DNA from: the human T2T-CHM13v2.0 reference genome, Homo sapiens | Length of the DNA: 64,000 nt | Direction: 5' to 3' (one strand) | Assembly (NCBI RefSeq): GCF_009914755.1 | Contig: NC_060940.1 | Shown: positions 14,519 to 33,327 of the stretch, piece after piece | How positions within the stretch are numbered: position 1 is the stretch's first letter | Layout: each line of letters starts with the position of its first letter | The notes under the pieces: generated by a model | What the model was told of the DNA's origin: nothing | What the model saw: the letters and a program-made list of their open reading frames with translations, nothing else | Databases searched by the model: none | Translations under genes and position numbers: made by a program

Positions 14519-15669
14519 GATTAGGTAACACACTTGAAAAGTGTTAACACTATGTATTTGTGTACTTAGAAACCTTGAACACTTTCACTGCAAAGTAATC
14601 CATGGCTAGTGTTAGTAATAGAAGTTATAGTAAACAAGATCTCTTCCCAATGTACTTTCTGCTCCAGCTTCGCTGATTTTCGTAAGGTTCCTTAAAAGGC
14701 ATAAAATGCTTTTTCATGGTTCTTTACCTTCATCCTTGTAGTTTCTTTGGACAGAAATGATCTCCCAACTGAGAGCTTAAAGATTCAAGAAACCGTCCCT
14801 GAATGCTCTGGATACATAATTAAGTCTCTATAAAGTGCCCTATCTTGGTTTCCACAACTATGTTTTCCTTTTGTGAATAACTCTATTAGGTTCTTTTTTC
14901 ATAACTACCTATTCTCATTTCAGGTATGCAATGTACTCTCATCCTTCTGAGGATGTTAATTACACTTACTTTAAGGTCCTGATCTAATTGCTCTCTTGGC
15001 TCTGTTTCCATGGATTTGAATTCTTCCACTTTTGAGTTTATCTTTCCTATTTCATGGTGTTGGTATTATGCAGTTAGTGACCATGGATTGGATGTGAAGT
15101 TTTGTGATTGTGGTTCCTTGTTGACTCTGCTGGATTTGTTAGCATTATGTTCTTGTGGGAGGGGCGGACAGAAACTCTTATTACTGGCAGTTTCTTATCC
15201 ACACTCTGGGGGAGGGACAGGAAATGTCACTCAGGAGACGGTTGGGCAGGTGGTCTTCTGGGTGGGGGCAGTTTTTCCTAAGCACCCTCCTCTACCCAGA
15301 GGATTGTTCTGTCCCTCCACTCCAAGAACTCTCAGTCATAGTAGCTGCCTCACTAAATTGAGAAGCCAGATGGTTTGGGAAGAGGCAGGATGGTTTTCAA
15401 TCTACTTACCCACCTATTTCCATTCCACTGCCTCACATAACTAATCACCTGTAAACGTCCTCACCTGCTTTTGTTTCCAGACTCTATCACCGCTGGGATG
15501 TTTGAGCCTATCTTCTGCAGCTGTACTTTCTGCCTCAGATCCTGGGCTATGGATTCCCATCTTAAGCTAATCCCATTTAAGCTCCATATTTCAGAGAGCT
15601 CTCACCGTTTCTGGAACACCAGCAGTTACTCTACGTTTCTAAGTAGGGTGATGTCTTTGCATATTTTTT

Positions 15670-16420
15670 AAAAACTTTTTAAATTTACTTTATGATTTAC
15701 ATACAGTAAAATTCATTCTTTTGGGGATGGTTCTATGAGTTTTGACAAATGCGTAGAGTGCTGTAACTACCGCTGCAATCAAGACACAAAGTAGTTTTGT
15801 TCCCCCACCACCAATTCCGTTGTTCTGCACTTTTATGGCCTTTGTGAACCTGGCAGCCACTGCTCTGTCTTCTGTCCCTATAATTTTGTCTTTTCCACAA
15901 TGTCTTATAAATTGAATCAGACAGTATCTGGCATTCGAGTCTGGCTTCTCTAACTTAGCATGATGCATGTATTAATAACAGTCCATTCATTTTTAATTCC
16001 TGAGTGTAATTTGTTTGTATGGATGTACCACAGTGTGTTTATGAATTCACCATTGAAGGATATTTGTATTGTGCTCAGTTTTTGGCAATTATGAATAAAT
16101 CCACTTTAAACATTTGTACACAGGCTTTGTGTAAATAAAATTTTTTATTTCTCTTGATTACCTAGCAGTGGGATTGGAGGATCATATTGTAAGTATATGT
16201 CTAAAAAGAAACTATTTTCCCAAAAGAGCTGTAGCATTTTACATTACCAACAGCAAGGTGCAAGAGTTTCACTTGCTACATATCCTAAATTGAGACTTGG
16301 CATTGTCAGATTTGTGTTTTGGTTTCTGTTTTGCTTTTTTTGGTATTCTTACAGATATATAGTGATAACTCATTTTTGTATTATTTATGCATTTTAATGT
16401 TTATTTTTTATATCTTTGTT
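15670..16420 (-). mobile_element. Old L1M 3' fragment
   Basis: gtatggatgtaccacagtgtgtttat, ttttggcaattatgaataa and tttacattaccaacagc L1M motifs. Confidence 0.75.
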
Positions 16421-16429
16421 TGCTTGTTC

Positions 16430-16717
<288 letters not shown>

Positions 16718-17459
16718 ATTTTTTATATCTTGATTAACATTTTTAGAAATTTGGCATAGGAGGGATTACAAAAAGGCAAGCCCCAATTTGAAACAGATGT
16801 TGCCTCTAATCTCTCTTTGTACCTGCTTTTTAATAACCTCACATGTGTTACAAGGAAATTGTTTACCTGTTTCCCTCACTGGACTCTGAGCTTCTCAAAG
16901 GCAGGAGTGAGTCTTGTCCATTTTTCTTTCCTCAGTACCCAGAATGATGCCTAGCCTAGGATGGACACATGGTGATTATTTGATAAGTGAGTTGTTCATG
17001 AATAAATTTGCCCAATCTCTAATTAGAAAGGGTTTGATTTACTCAACAATCACCACCCTGAGCATTTTCAGAGGAAAATAAAATGGCTAGGTTGTTTTAA
17101 TCAAGGACTGAGTTTTGTAAAACTGGAAATGTTATAGGGAAACGAGATAGGATCTAACATTGCAGAGCACTTCCGCATGCCAAGCACTAAGGGTGATATT
17201 CTCAGGACATATCTCATTTTACCCTACCTTGAACTCCATGGTAGCGAATTGGCTGGGACAGAGAGAACATTTGCTTTGGATGAAGCTGATTGTGTCTCTG
17301 AGGCTTGTGACCTTGAATAAGTGACTCACAGCCTCCCTTTGCCTCTGTTTTCTTATCTTCAAAATGAATACAATAATGCCTGGTTTATTGAATGGGTTTG
17401 AGAATAAAGGACATGTATGTGAAGCACATTGTTGTGTGTGTGTGTGTGTGTATGTGTGA

Positions 17460-18290
<831 letters not shown>

Positions 18291-18391
18291 TTGACCTCTG
18301 TTTCACATGCAGCAGCACTGACTTCCCCGTTTCCCCCATTCCATGTGCCCTAGCAGACTCTGGAAGGCTAATTAATTTGCCTATGGCCTGA

Positions 18392-18847
<456 letters not shown>

Positions 18848-19648
18848 CATCTGGGAAACTTTTGAAGGTCTAGAAAAGAGTAAGACTGATGATAGTGACC
18901 TTTGCTGTGAATTTCATAACCATTCACTTATACTTTTTCTGATAGATCCTTAAAAATGAAATTTCAAAGCAAAATGGGGAGATTTGCACCCTAACTTCAG
19001 TGGGGTTGTGAGTGGACAAAATGTACAAGGTTGTCGACAAAGTAGCATGCTTCCACACGTTGACCATGTGCAGCTTCAACCTAGATGATGCACAGTGAAC
19101 ATTTCATGAATAAAGCCTGATATGGGATTGTCTACAGGTTCCTCCAACCCCTGAGTAGAGATGTTCCCTCCTAGAGACTTGCTGTAGATCACGTTTCATC
19201 CTCCAACCGTGGGGGAAGTGTGCTGTGTTATTACCTGATCAATGTAGTATCTTTATTTTGGGGGAAAAGCTGAGCCTCATTTTTCTCATTTGTTATATTG
19301 CTTTCCTTTTGTGTGGTCATTTGCTGTCCCAGGCATCAAATGGTCCATAAACAAAACACTTACCCACTGCACACACACTCCAAAAAAGAGCAAACAAATT
19401 TCAGAGCAACCAAAATGTTGTTGCTAACCCAGTCCATGAAAGCTCATGCATTTTTCTTGGAGCAATGTCTGACTTTTAGGTAAAGCACCTTGCAAACTGC
19501 CTTGACACAGCAGGTGCCTGCAAAACATTTTCTTTTTCTCTTCCTTTCCTGGGTTAGAATTCAGATCCAGTAAGGAGTGAGGCTAAGTACTGGAAATGGA
19601 ATGATGAAGGAGATGGACATCCGTCCTGACCTCAGAAAGGTGTGGGGA

Positions 19649-19951
19649 GGCTGGGCACAATGGCTTATGCCTGTAATCCCAGCACTTTCAGAGGCCAACG
19701 TGAGAGGATGGCTTGAGCCTAGGAGTTCGAGACCAGCCTTGGAAACACAGCAAGACCCCGTCTCTACAAAAATAAAAAAATCAGCCAGGCATGCTGGTGC
19801 ATGTCTGTAGTCCCAGCAACTCAGGAGGCTGAGGTGGGAGGATCACTTGAGCCTAGGAAGTCGAGGGTGCTGTGAGCTATGATTGCGCCACTGCACTGCA
19901 GCCTGGGTGACAGAGCAAGACCCTGTTTCAAAAAAAAAAAAAAAAAAAAAA
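19649..19951 (+). mobile_element. AluJ
   Basis: J-type diagnostics, A tail. Confidence 0.9.
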
Positions 19952-20039
19952 AGGTATGAGGAAAACAAGAATTGAAAATAAATGAAAGTATTAATGTGAG
20001 TAAGGAAGAAAAGGAAAAGGAATGTTACAATATAATATT

Positions 20040-20426
20040 ATATTGAAGTCCTATCACCCAGTACCCCCAGAATGTGACTTAACTGCAGATGCAATTAGTT
20101 GAGATGAAGCACACTGGAGTAGGATGAGTCCCTAATCCAATATGACTGGTCTCCTTATAACAAAGGGAAATTTGGATGCAGACACACACAGAGAATGCCA
20201 TGTGAAGACAGAAGCAGAGATCCCCAAGCCAAGAAATGTCAAAGGTTGCCAGGTAACCATCAGAAGCTAGGAGAGAATCATGGAGAACCCTCCCAAGGAA
20301 CTATCCCTGCTAATACCATGACCTCAGACTTCTAGCTCTGGGGACTGTGAGATTATAGATATATTTCCATTGTTTAAGCCACTCCATTTGTTGTTCTCTG
20401 TTATATTACCTTAGCAGATGAATACA
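20040..20426 (+). mobile_element. MLT1A/B-type MaLR LTR
   Basis: cagaatgtgact...ccctaatccaatatgactggtctccttataa...gccatgtgaagacaga...gaataca. Confidence 0.75.
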
Positions 20427-20488
20427 GGGAGCTACAGGGGTATTTAGTGAGGGGATGAAGATTAGGGAGGTCGGTTGGTGGGCATGGT

Positions 20489-20870
20489 AGAAGGAAGATG
20501 CTCAAGGCAGAAGGAAGTTTCATTCCATAGAGGTGGCTCAATGCTGAACCTCCAGATTCTTCCTGATATGTGCTAGGGGCAGCTTAGCTTGACGGAAGAA
20601 ACATCGATGTTGCCATCACACAAACCTGGCATCGAATCCTGATGTTGTTACAACATGCTGTGTGACTTTGGGAAAGCCACTCAACTTCTCTGAGCTTTGG
20701 TTTCCTTCTTTGTAAAATAGAATTGTTATACTTAGAGATATGAGGGTAAAAAGTTTTTACGTGGTTAATGTGCCTTTTTATTTGGCCTTTCTGAGTACAC
20801 GACTTTTGTCTGAGTTAGCCTGTGGTAACCATCTGCTTTGGAGAGAAAGGAGAGAGAACGATGTGGAAGG
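20489..20870 (+). repeat. Local duplication, copy 1 (paralog at 24260-24950)
   Basis: Colinear similarity from agaaggaag...gaggtgg(c/t)tcaatgc through ctgagttagcctgtg...gtggaagg. Confidence 0.9.
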
Positions 20871-21298
20871 CATGTGTTTAAGCTGAGACCTGAAAGATGG
20901 CTCAGAGTTAGTTTGGGGAAAACATAAAGGAGAGCAGAGGATTTTACAGAAGAAAACTGTATTTTTACATATGGTTAATTGTTACATGACAATTTATCCT
21001 AACGAGCTTGAGTATCTGGTTTCTAATTTCCTAACACATTAGAACTGCGAGTAAAGAAGGCTGCCTCTCACTATGTGGCTGGTAAAACAGACTGACAATG
21101 ATGGAAGACAAAGGAAGACTACACGATAGAAGGAATTAGGAGGAGAGGGACGCAGAGGGAGGAGAAGAGAAGGGGCAGAAACTAAACAGCCATAGTAGGC
21201 TGGGGCTATTGAGTGAAGGGGCAAACATCTCCTGTTAATAGTATCTCATTAAATTGGATGAAGTGGCTGCTGTGGGCATAAAACACCCTTTAGTCTTT

Positions 21299-21540
21299 TT
21301 TTTTTTTTTATGCTTTAAGTTTTAGGGTACATGTGCACGTTGTGCAGGTTAGTTACATATGTATACATGTGCCATGCTGGTGCGCTGCACCCACTAACTT
21401 GTCATCCAGCATTAGGTATATCTCCCAATGCTATCCCTCCCCCCTCCCCCTACCCCACAACAGTCCCCAGAGTGTGATATTCCCCTTCCTGTGTCCATGT
21501 GTTCTCATTGTTCAATTCCCACCTATGAGTGAGAATATGC
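21299..21540 (-). mobile_element. Young 5'-truncated L1 (L1PA2/L1PA3-like) 3' end
   Basis: Near-consensus L1 3'UTR; perfect 19-bp TSD aaaacaccctttagtcttt at 21280-21298 and 21541-21559. Confidence 0.93.
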
Positions 21541-23079
21541 AAAACACCCTTTAGTCTTTAGAATGATGATGGTGAGCCACCAAGGGTGAGTTATGGGACG
21601 TTAGGGATGTTCTGTTTCAGAACTGATAACAATACATTGTGGTTTCTTCGTCCACATATACATGATGCTACTTCAAATCAAAATGGAACTCCTCCTCTTC
21701 TTTTTGCTGCCTTTGAAACTCTTGCAGAATACAGATGAGCAAGGCCCCCTGCCTTCTAAAACTGGATTAGGTGGCCCTCTCTTGTGCTTGCGCGGGAACC
21801 TCTGTTTTGCTGCTTCACATCATTCACCGTTGCTGGTTGCAACTAGTTCTTCATGTATCCCGCCATGCTGCGGATCTGCCTCCTACCCTAGACTGTTATC
21901 TATTTGCAGCACAACCGGGATTTTGAAATGAATCTCTGTCCCCCAGAGCCTGCATAAAAACTGGCTGAAAGTGAGCATTAAATAAATATTTAACAACTCT
22001 AGTTTTAAAATATTTCCATCCTAAATGGTTCAAATTTTTTTTTTAAGTTTTCATGCTCAAACATATAAACTCTTGGGTAACACCAATGCCTCATTTTCCA
22101 AAGGTTTTATGATTATATATGTGTTTTTTTTTCTTTATTGCAAATTCCTGCTGGTCTCTCTGCCACCAAGATTCAAAAAGATTCAATTCTCCTTCTACAT
22201 AAACCTTTTCTGATGTAAGCCTAGGCTGCTATATTCTCTTTTGACAAATTCAGGGTAATTTTGAGTTGGATTGGATACTTCTTTTTTCCTTGCTTGTGGA
22301 CAGAAAAAAACCTACATGGTATTTCAAACCATAATTTTAAGGATTTCCCTCAAAAAGGTTGCTGGCATAAAGATTTGGAAAGGTTAGAAAGAAAAACAGT
22401 GCTAAAAGCCAGAGCTCTGTTCTGATTTCTGAATGTCTATTCTCCTTTTTTGTTCTTATGAGACTAACTAGTGCAATTGGCCCCAGCAGGGACATCTCCT
22501 GCCCATTCCCTGTCATTAGTCTGGTTTTGAGGCAATGGAACAATCTAGACTATGTCCAAGAATTCTGAGCCCAGAGAGGACCTTATGGAAACCTAACATC
22601 CTCTTTTCCTCATGGCCACCTGTTATGTTGTCTTGGCTTTCTAAACAATTGGAGGCAATCAAGCAAGCTTTAGCTACCATATGTTGGGTGCTTACTATGT
22701 TTCAGTGCGTTGCTAAGCATGATGATCATAATGTATTTGAACCTCACAGTGACCCCATGAGGAAGCTGTTATGGTCCCAATTTAGAGCTTAGAAGACTGA
22801 GGCTTATATAGGCTTTATAAGACACCCAAAGATGCTGTTGGTAAGTGGAAGAGCAAAAATTTGAGTCCAAAATGGACTGACTAAAAACTCCATTCTTATT
22901 TCATTATGTTGTCCTGGATCGTGCTGTCTGTGGAGAGAGAGATGGCTGAGGCCACATCATAGGGTATAGAAGGTGTGTTGCAAACAGTGGAGATGAAGAA
23001 TGTCCCTGGGCAGGACCAGTGTGGCCTCATGGGCTAGGCAAAAGCATGGTCCCTCTTGAGTATTGAAAGCTTTAGTAGA

Positions 23080-23605
23080 ATTTTATACAAAAAAGACACC
23101 AGTACTTGTATGTTCATCGCAGCACTATTCACAATAGCAAAGTTATGGAACCAATGAAGTGGAAGGAGTGAGGGTTGGAAACTGTTGATGTGCTCATCAA
23201 CAGTTGACTGGATAAAGAAAATGTGGTATATACACACTATGGAATTCTATGCAGCCATGAAAAAGAATGAAATCATGTCCTTTGCAGCAACATGGATGGA
23301 GCTGGAGGCCATTTTTCTAAGTGAACTAACTCAGAAACAGAAAATAAAATACTGCATGTTCTCACTTATGGATGGGAGCTAAACAGTAAGTATGCAGGGA
23401 CATGAAGATGGAAATCACAGATACTAGGGACTGCAAAAGGGAGGTGGATGGGAAAGGAGTGAGTGTTGAAGATTACCTTTCAGGTACAATGTTCACTATT
23501 TGGGTGATGGCTACACTAGGACCCCGACCCTGACCTTTATATAATATGCCCATGTAACAAATATGCACAAATATGTATCTAAAATAAAATAAAATTTGAA
23601 AAAGA
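23080..23605 (+). mobile_element. L1PB/L1MA 3' end
   Basis: ggataaagaaaatgtggtatatacacac...atggagctggaggcc...gttctcacttat, then A-rich tail. Confidence 0.85.
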
Positions 23606-23851
23606 AAGCTTTGGAAAAATTTTATGAAATTCTTTAGTAAGTGGTATAAGAGCTGGGAATCGTTAACCAAGCACAATGCCTGGAACACCATAGACACTAA
23701 AATATGTGAGGAAGAATGGATGGATGAACCAAGCTGAAGAGGCAAGCACATAGGTAGGTTCCACCAGGAAGCAGGGTATTTCTAATTTGGGAGGAAACTT
23801 GTTTATTATCTGCATAGAACAGTAAGTTCTGTTCTCTGGATAGAAGAAACA

Positions 23852-24205
<354 letters not shown>

Positions 24206-24425
24206 AAAAGCATAGATCTGGCCAGCAGTTTTCTCATCTGACTGGGAAATTTTGCAGGAAGAAGGAAGTTATTCAAGACAGAAGGAAGTTTCTGTCCACA
24301 GAGGTGGTTCAATGCGTGGTTCAATGCTGAACTTCCAGGCTCTTCTTGATCCATTCTGGGGGCAGCCTAGCTTGGTGAAGGAAACATTAGTTTTGCCAAC
24401 AGACAACCTTGACATCAAATCCTGA

Positions 24426-24872
<447 letters not shown>

Positions 24873-25959
24873 TGAGCACATGACTTTTGTCTGAGTTAGC
24901 CTGTGATAACCATCTGCTTAGGAGAGAAAGGAGGGAGAATGAAGTGGAAGGAAACCCAGTCCACACAACTGTGTAGGGCCCATTGCCCCATAGTGGCAGG
25001 TTCTGTGGTAAGACCCCAGCTCTTGGGGTATCTGGTATCTCAGAGTTATTGGGGAGTGCCAACCAGGCAACCTTTTGGTTAGATTATATCCCTCTGTTTC
25101 TTAACTGGCTCAGCTGCCCTGTGACAGCTCAGAGCTTCACTATGAGCTCCTGCTAGAGTCTCAGAGGAAGCAGGACAAGAGACTCCTGCCTCAAGCATTT
25201 CCCACAACTCATCCAACATTCCTCCCCTACCCTGCATCTGAAACCCAAAGAGGGAAAGTCGGTGACATGATCTTAGTCTTCCTCCTCTCTCTTTCTTTTC
25301 CTTCTCACATCCCCCCAAGAACTGGAGGAGTCAGACATCCCATCCCATTCCTCTCTGGTCCATTCTTGTAAAAATCCTGTGGTCTTGCCAACCAAGTGCG
25401 GTCCTTAATATGCCGAAAGGTGGAGATTAAAAAAAAAAATTAGAACAAAACACCTTCCAAAGACAAATGTCTTCCAAATGTGCGTGACTTCACATTGTAT
25501 TACTGTCTGGCTGCCAAATCATTTCTGAATGTTAGAGATTTGAATATTACCTCCTTCAGCAGCAATAAGGAAGTGCCTAAGTCCACAGATTCTAGAGTCA
25601 GACTGTCAGGTTCAAAGCTTGGCTCTGCTGTTTCCAGTGATGTAACTTTGGGCCAAACCTCTCTGTGCCTTGGTTTTCTCCTCTACAAAATGGAGTTGAT
25701 AATAGTATCTCATAAGGATGCCTGGGATAATTCGATTAGCTAGTATATGGAATAGTGTGGGGTACCTCATAACCCCTTTATGTTTATTATGTATACAAGT
25801 GTGTCTTCACCTTCCTCATCATTATCAATATCATCATTTTTTGTGTTACTTCTGTAATAAATCTCAATTCCTCAACCCTACCCAGGCATATGGAAGTCAT
25901 GGGCCATCCAGAGCCAAGCCCACACACTCAGGAAGACAAGAAGAGAAAAACACATTAAA

Positions 25960-28020
<2,061 letters not shown>

Positions 28021-28025
28021 TTTGA

Positions 28026-28415
<390 letters not shown>

Positions 28416-29088
28416 CTACTGTCTGGAACACGGTGTGTGCTCGACAAAACAACACTATTTGACCATCTAGTGCCTTTCTGGGCTATTCCTCCTTGGGATA
28501 TGCTTTGAAGGAGTCATTATGTTGTCTTTCCTTTAAGATGAGCCAGAATGGTCTAGTTTCTGACAGTTAATATTTGTCTCTTCTGCATGGAGAGACTTGG
28601 AGCATTCTCTCAGTATTTATAACTGAGCATTTTTACCTTAAGTGGCTCTGAGTTGCATCCGTTTTATTTCCCTGTTTAGTAACTAAGATATCCCACACAA
28701 CAACAGGAGTTACACGGTAGTTACCTTGGCGCAAGTCTGCCAGATGCTTCCAATGAGTAATTGTATCTTAACCTTCTTTGAAGACGATTGTTGGATATAC
28801 GAGGCTCCTTCTCTGTCTTAGGAAGGAGAGCACAGGACACCATCAATTTGTCGTTTGTGGACCAAGGGTCTGCATGGAAAAACAGCATCACAGAAGGGCA
28901 AGTCTTCATTCATTATTTCGAAGGGTCGTAATGAGTTGCGCTTATAATGGGTGGAGGGGGGAATTTTCTTGTGGCATTGGATAAGGAGTACCTTTCCACA
29001 GAGGTGGGTAAGATATCTCTGGGGATGGGGAATGTCTAGAAGGGAACTTCTGAGAGTGAGACATGTTACTGGATTCCATCTATTGCTA

Positions 29089-29673
<585 letters not shown>

Positions 29674-31621
29674 TCAACTTGGCAAGGGCAGGATTTGCAG
29701 ATTATAACCTAGATCTCATTCATGCTGCATTTTTTCACTCACCCTATTGTTCTAGTTTTCTTGGATTCCAACCTGGGCTTATCTCCAATCTGCATTTTTT
29801 TTTGTTTCTCCTCCCTAGCTGAATATATTTGTGGAAAACTCACAAAGCAACTGGGTTGCCAGGTCTGGTCTCTATCTTCCTGTCCAGTGAAAAGAAAATG
29901 ACATTTAGAAAACCTAGTCACAAATGTCTGTTTAATAAATTTTGTTTGTTGCCCTGAAACTGGATTTTAATATTTCTGAATATTCAGTGCCTGGAAGCTA
30001 GCACAAAATGGCTATCTAAAACTGCCAGAAATTTGCTTTATGTGGTTCTTAATGTGAAACTGGAAATGCACCTTCTGGATGGTGTCACTTCTTTTGAGAG
30101 GGATCGCTTTGGTGGGGTATTATGGTTGTGTCTACTTATATTAAGTAACTACTCACTGCCCCTGAGGTGTCTCAGGACTTGGGATAAATAATCTAAAAGC
30201 AAATACTTTATAATGGAATATCATGTATTCTGTTTAATAATATAAAAGTGTGTCCCAACATATTCAGTGAGGAACATCTCTGTAGAATTATTTTTTTTCT
30301 TTAACGAAGTGTTTAGTATTTTCTCTGGCAGACCTGGACACAGGGTTTGAGCCTAGTAGGTTGAGTCTGAGACTGACGGATCAAACAGATGAGAGAAAGG
30401 ACTTATACTGGAGGATAATAGGCTTTGAAGGTTCAAATCTTTAATTAGACAGTCTAGTGTTTGGGATGTATTTCCAGGGGTAGGGGGGCCTACCATTGAG
30501 ACATTAGTTAGCTTACTAATGTCCTTGGGCACGCTCTATGCACGAGTCAGCCAAATTGTTGTTTGAAATTTCTGCTGTAGCTCTGTAGAAAACTGAGGGG
30601 CAATGCATTTTCCATCTCGAGGCAATACCTGGGTTTGCCCCATGGACAGCCTTCCCTCTGGTCAGTTTCAGCTTCCCAGAGGAAATCCAGACAACAATTG
30701 CCTTAGTCAGAACTCTACATTGCAAGTGGCAGGAGCCAGGAGCCACAAAAAACACTCTTTAGAAAGGGGCTTCTCTCTCTCCTCAGCTGCTTTCCTGTGG
30801 GTGTGATTCTTATTCTTTAATAATGAAGAAAGATTTTCTCCACATGGTAGGTTCAAATTCACTTGACTTCATGGCCTTTTCGTTGTTTGACTCCAATGGT
30901 TCCAAGTAGAAAAGTTGATGGAAGATGGAAGAACTCTGATTGGCCCAGCATAGATCACATGCTCTCCTCTGGTCCAATCATCATTATAAGAAGGAGGTAT
31001 TGGGATTGGTTTGATTCAGGCTCCATGCTCGCTTCCATGGCCAGGGGTCTGAATTACTGTATAGCACAATGAGCCCTCGCTAGCTGGGCACATACTCACC
31101 TGCTTTTCAACTGCCAGCTCTTACATCCCTGAGCGAGGGTATCTCTGGCCACTGGAGCTAGCTTTGCCTGTGAACATGGGAAGTTGCCAGTGCTAACGAA
31201 TTAACATCTCCCGGAAGCAGCTCTCAACCAATGACTAATAGGAGTTTGTGTGTAAATACTAAGGGGTCCTTTGCCCTTGGGGTGACATAATTTTGAGGCA
31301 TGCATTCAATACGATTTACCAGAATTCCAGAGTGGGATTAAACTCCAGTCGACCACATTGCATCTTGCTTGGCATTGCACTTTATTTGCTTCTTCTTGTT
31401 CTCTAACTCCCCCATCCTTTTGCTACAAGTATTTCCTGAGATCACCTGCCAAATATGCTTGCATTTAAGTCCTTTGGTATGTTTCTTTATCCTTTATCGC
31501 CACTTGAGTTGTGTGATGAGCTGCCAATCACGGTAACTGTCTTAGTTTGTGTTTCCCCGGAAGTCACTAAGATAAGGACTTTGCACAAAAACAGTAGCTA
31601 TCCACCAAAAAATATATCATG

Positions 31622-31624
<3 letters not shown>

Positions 31625-31679
<55 letters not shown>

Positions 31680-31680
31680 G
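31625..31680. repeat. (CA)16(CAG)8 compound STR
   Basis: Counted directly. Confidence 0.93.
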
Positions 31681-32324
31681 CATACAATGAGAACTTAACA
31701 GTAAGCCATTTCCCACAGGACCAATACTTGGGAACAAAACATGGCTGGCCTGACATGCCCAGGGGAAGCAGACAGGAACCCTGGTGGGTTGGCTTTGGAG
31801 AGGAGAATGTCAGAGGATCTTGGGCTCCAAGGTGTGGTGAAAGCCATACCTTATCAACACCTTTTCTACTGTTACTTTATTAATCCTGGGACTCTCCCAT
31901 CGCAGCTGAATCTCGGCCAAAAAGCTATCGTGGTAGAAGGATACATGCGTCTCTCCAGACGTTGGCCAAAGACTGGGTTACTTGGCACTTATGTTTGGCG
32001 ACATTCCCATTTAACACTTGGGCTTGTGTGATGGCCCATGCAGGTAAAGTGATAAAAATACTGTCCCTAACCTCATGCCTCAGCTAGGGTATCTCTGCCT
32101 GTTTCCATTTGGGTTTGTTGGTTTCTAAAGCCACACATTTTCCGTATGCATCAGGGGTTGAGTTATCTAAAAGCAAAGCCTGGGAAAGGGGTTCAGATGC
32201 ATGTGACTTTGAGGGAGTGTTCTTCAGGTAACAAATAAACACACACCTCTAAGGTTATGAGGGAAGCAGTGTAGGAAAGGTTAGGGAGCCACACAAAAAT
32301 GGGGCTCCAAGTAAAGTCCAGATT

Positions 32325-32866
32325 CAGGGGTTGTCAAACTATAGCCCTTGGGTCAAACTTGGTACCACCTGTTTTTGTAAATAAAGTTTTATTGGAACAC
32401 AGCCACACCCATTTATGTAGTTGTCCCACGGTATCCATGGGGATTTGGTTTCAGGACCCTCCAAGGATACCAATATCAACAGATGCTGAAGTCCCTTATA
32501 AAAAAATGGCATAGTATTTGCATATAACCTACTCACATCCTCTCATATACTTTAAGTCATCTCTAGATTACTTATAATACTAGTACAACACAGATGTTAT
32601 GTAAATAGTTGTTACACTGTATTTTTACTTGTATTATTTTTAACTATTGTATTGTTATTTTTAATTTTTTTCTGGGTATTTTCAATTCACAGTTGGCTGA
32701 ATCCAAGGGTGTAGAACCTGTGGATACAAAGAGTCAACTGTCTTCTGTCTAGGGCTGCATTCATGCTACAAAGGCAGAGTTGAATAGTCAAAGCAGAGAC
32801 TGATGGCCTATGTAGTCTAAAATGCTTACTACCTGGCCCTTTACAGAAAAAGTTTCCCGACTCCTA
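32325..32866. mobile_element. MER58-type hAT element interrupted by a MER2 (Tigger-family) element at ~32419-32740
   Basis: caggggttgtcaaactatagccc...aataaagttttattggaacacagccacaccc resumes after the insert at gctacaaaggcagagttgaatagt...ttacagaaaaagttt. The insert has ggtatccatggggatttggtttcaggaccc...ggatacaaagagtcaactg ends. Confidence 0.8.
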
Positions 32867-33259
32867 CTCTAAACTTGTCCCAGTCCATGTGAACTCTGAA
32901 GTATCATCATTTCATAAAGTTATCCCCATGTTGAGGCAAGGGGCTGGTCTTTGGACTTCAGTGTCAGCGGGACATTGGTTGCTGACCACTTGAGGATGAG
33001 GTGTGTGAAGCATATTGACCCCAGGGCAGTGGCTCCTATCAGCCAAGAGCAATTCTCTGGGTATTGAAGGCAGCTGTGAGCTGTTAGCAGCCAACATTTG
33101 CAGCAGCTGGGAAATGGGTTCACATACTAGATAAAGGGGATCTTTCAAGGCACCACTGGCAACCACCGCAGTGCATACCTGGATGGACACACATGCTTCA
33201 TGAAGCCAGAGGGAACCCATACTTTCCACCTCAAAGTGAGCCATCATTATCTCCCAGTG

Positions 33260-33327
33260 ATGGGATGGATAGACAGGAGGCGAGACCCATTCCCATTTGG
33301 GTCTCGCCTCCTGTCTATCCATCCCAT
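33260..33327. repeat. Perfect inverted repeat, 30-bp arms and 8-nt loop
   Basis: atgggatggatagacaggaggcgagaccca (33260-33289), loop ttcccatt, tgggtctcgcctcctgtctatccatcccat (33298-33327). Confidence 0.97.

Noticed and set aside
30633-30653. RE1/REST-like GCCCCATGGACAGC
   Set aside because: The right half matches but the CAGCACC left half has several mismatches; not supportable without ChIP data.
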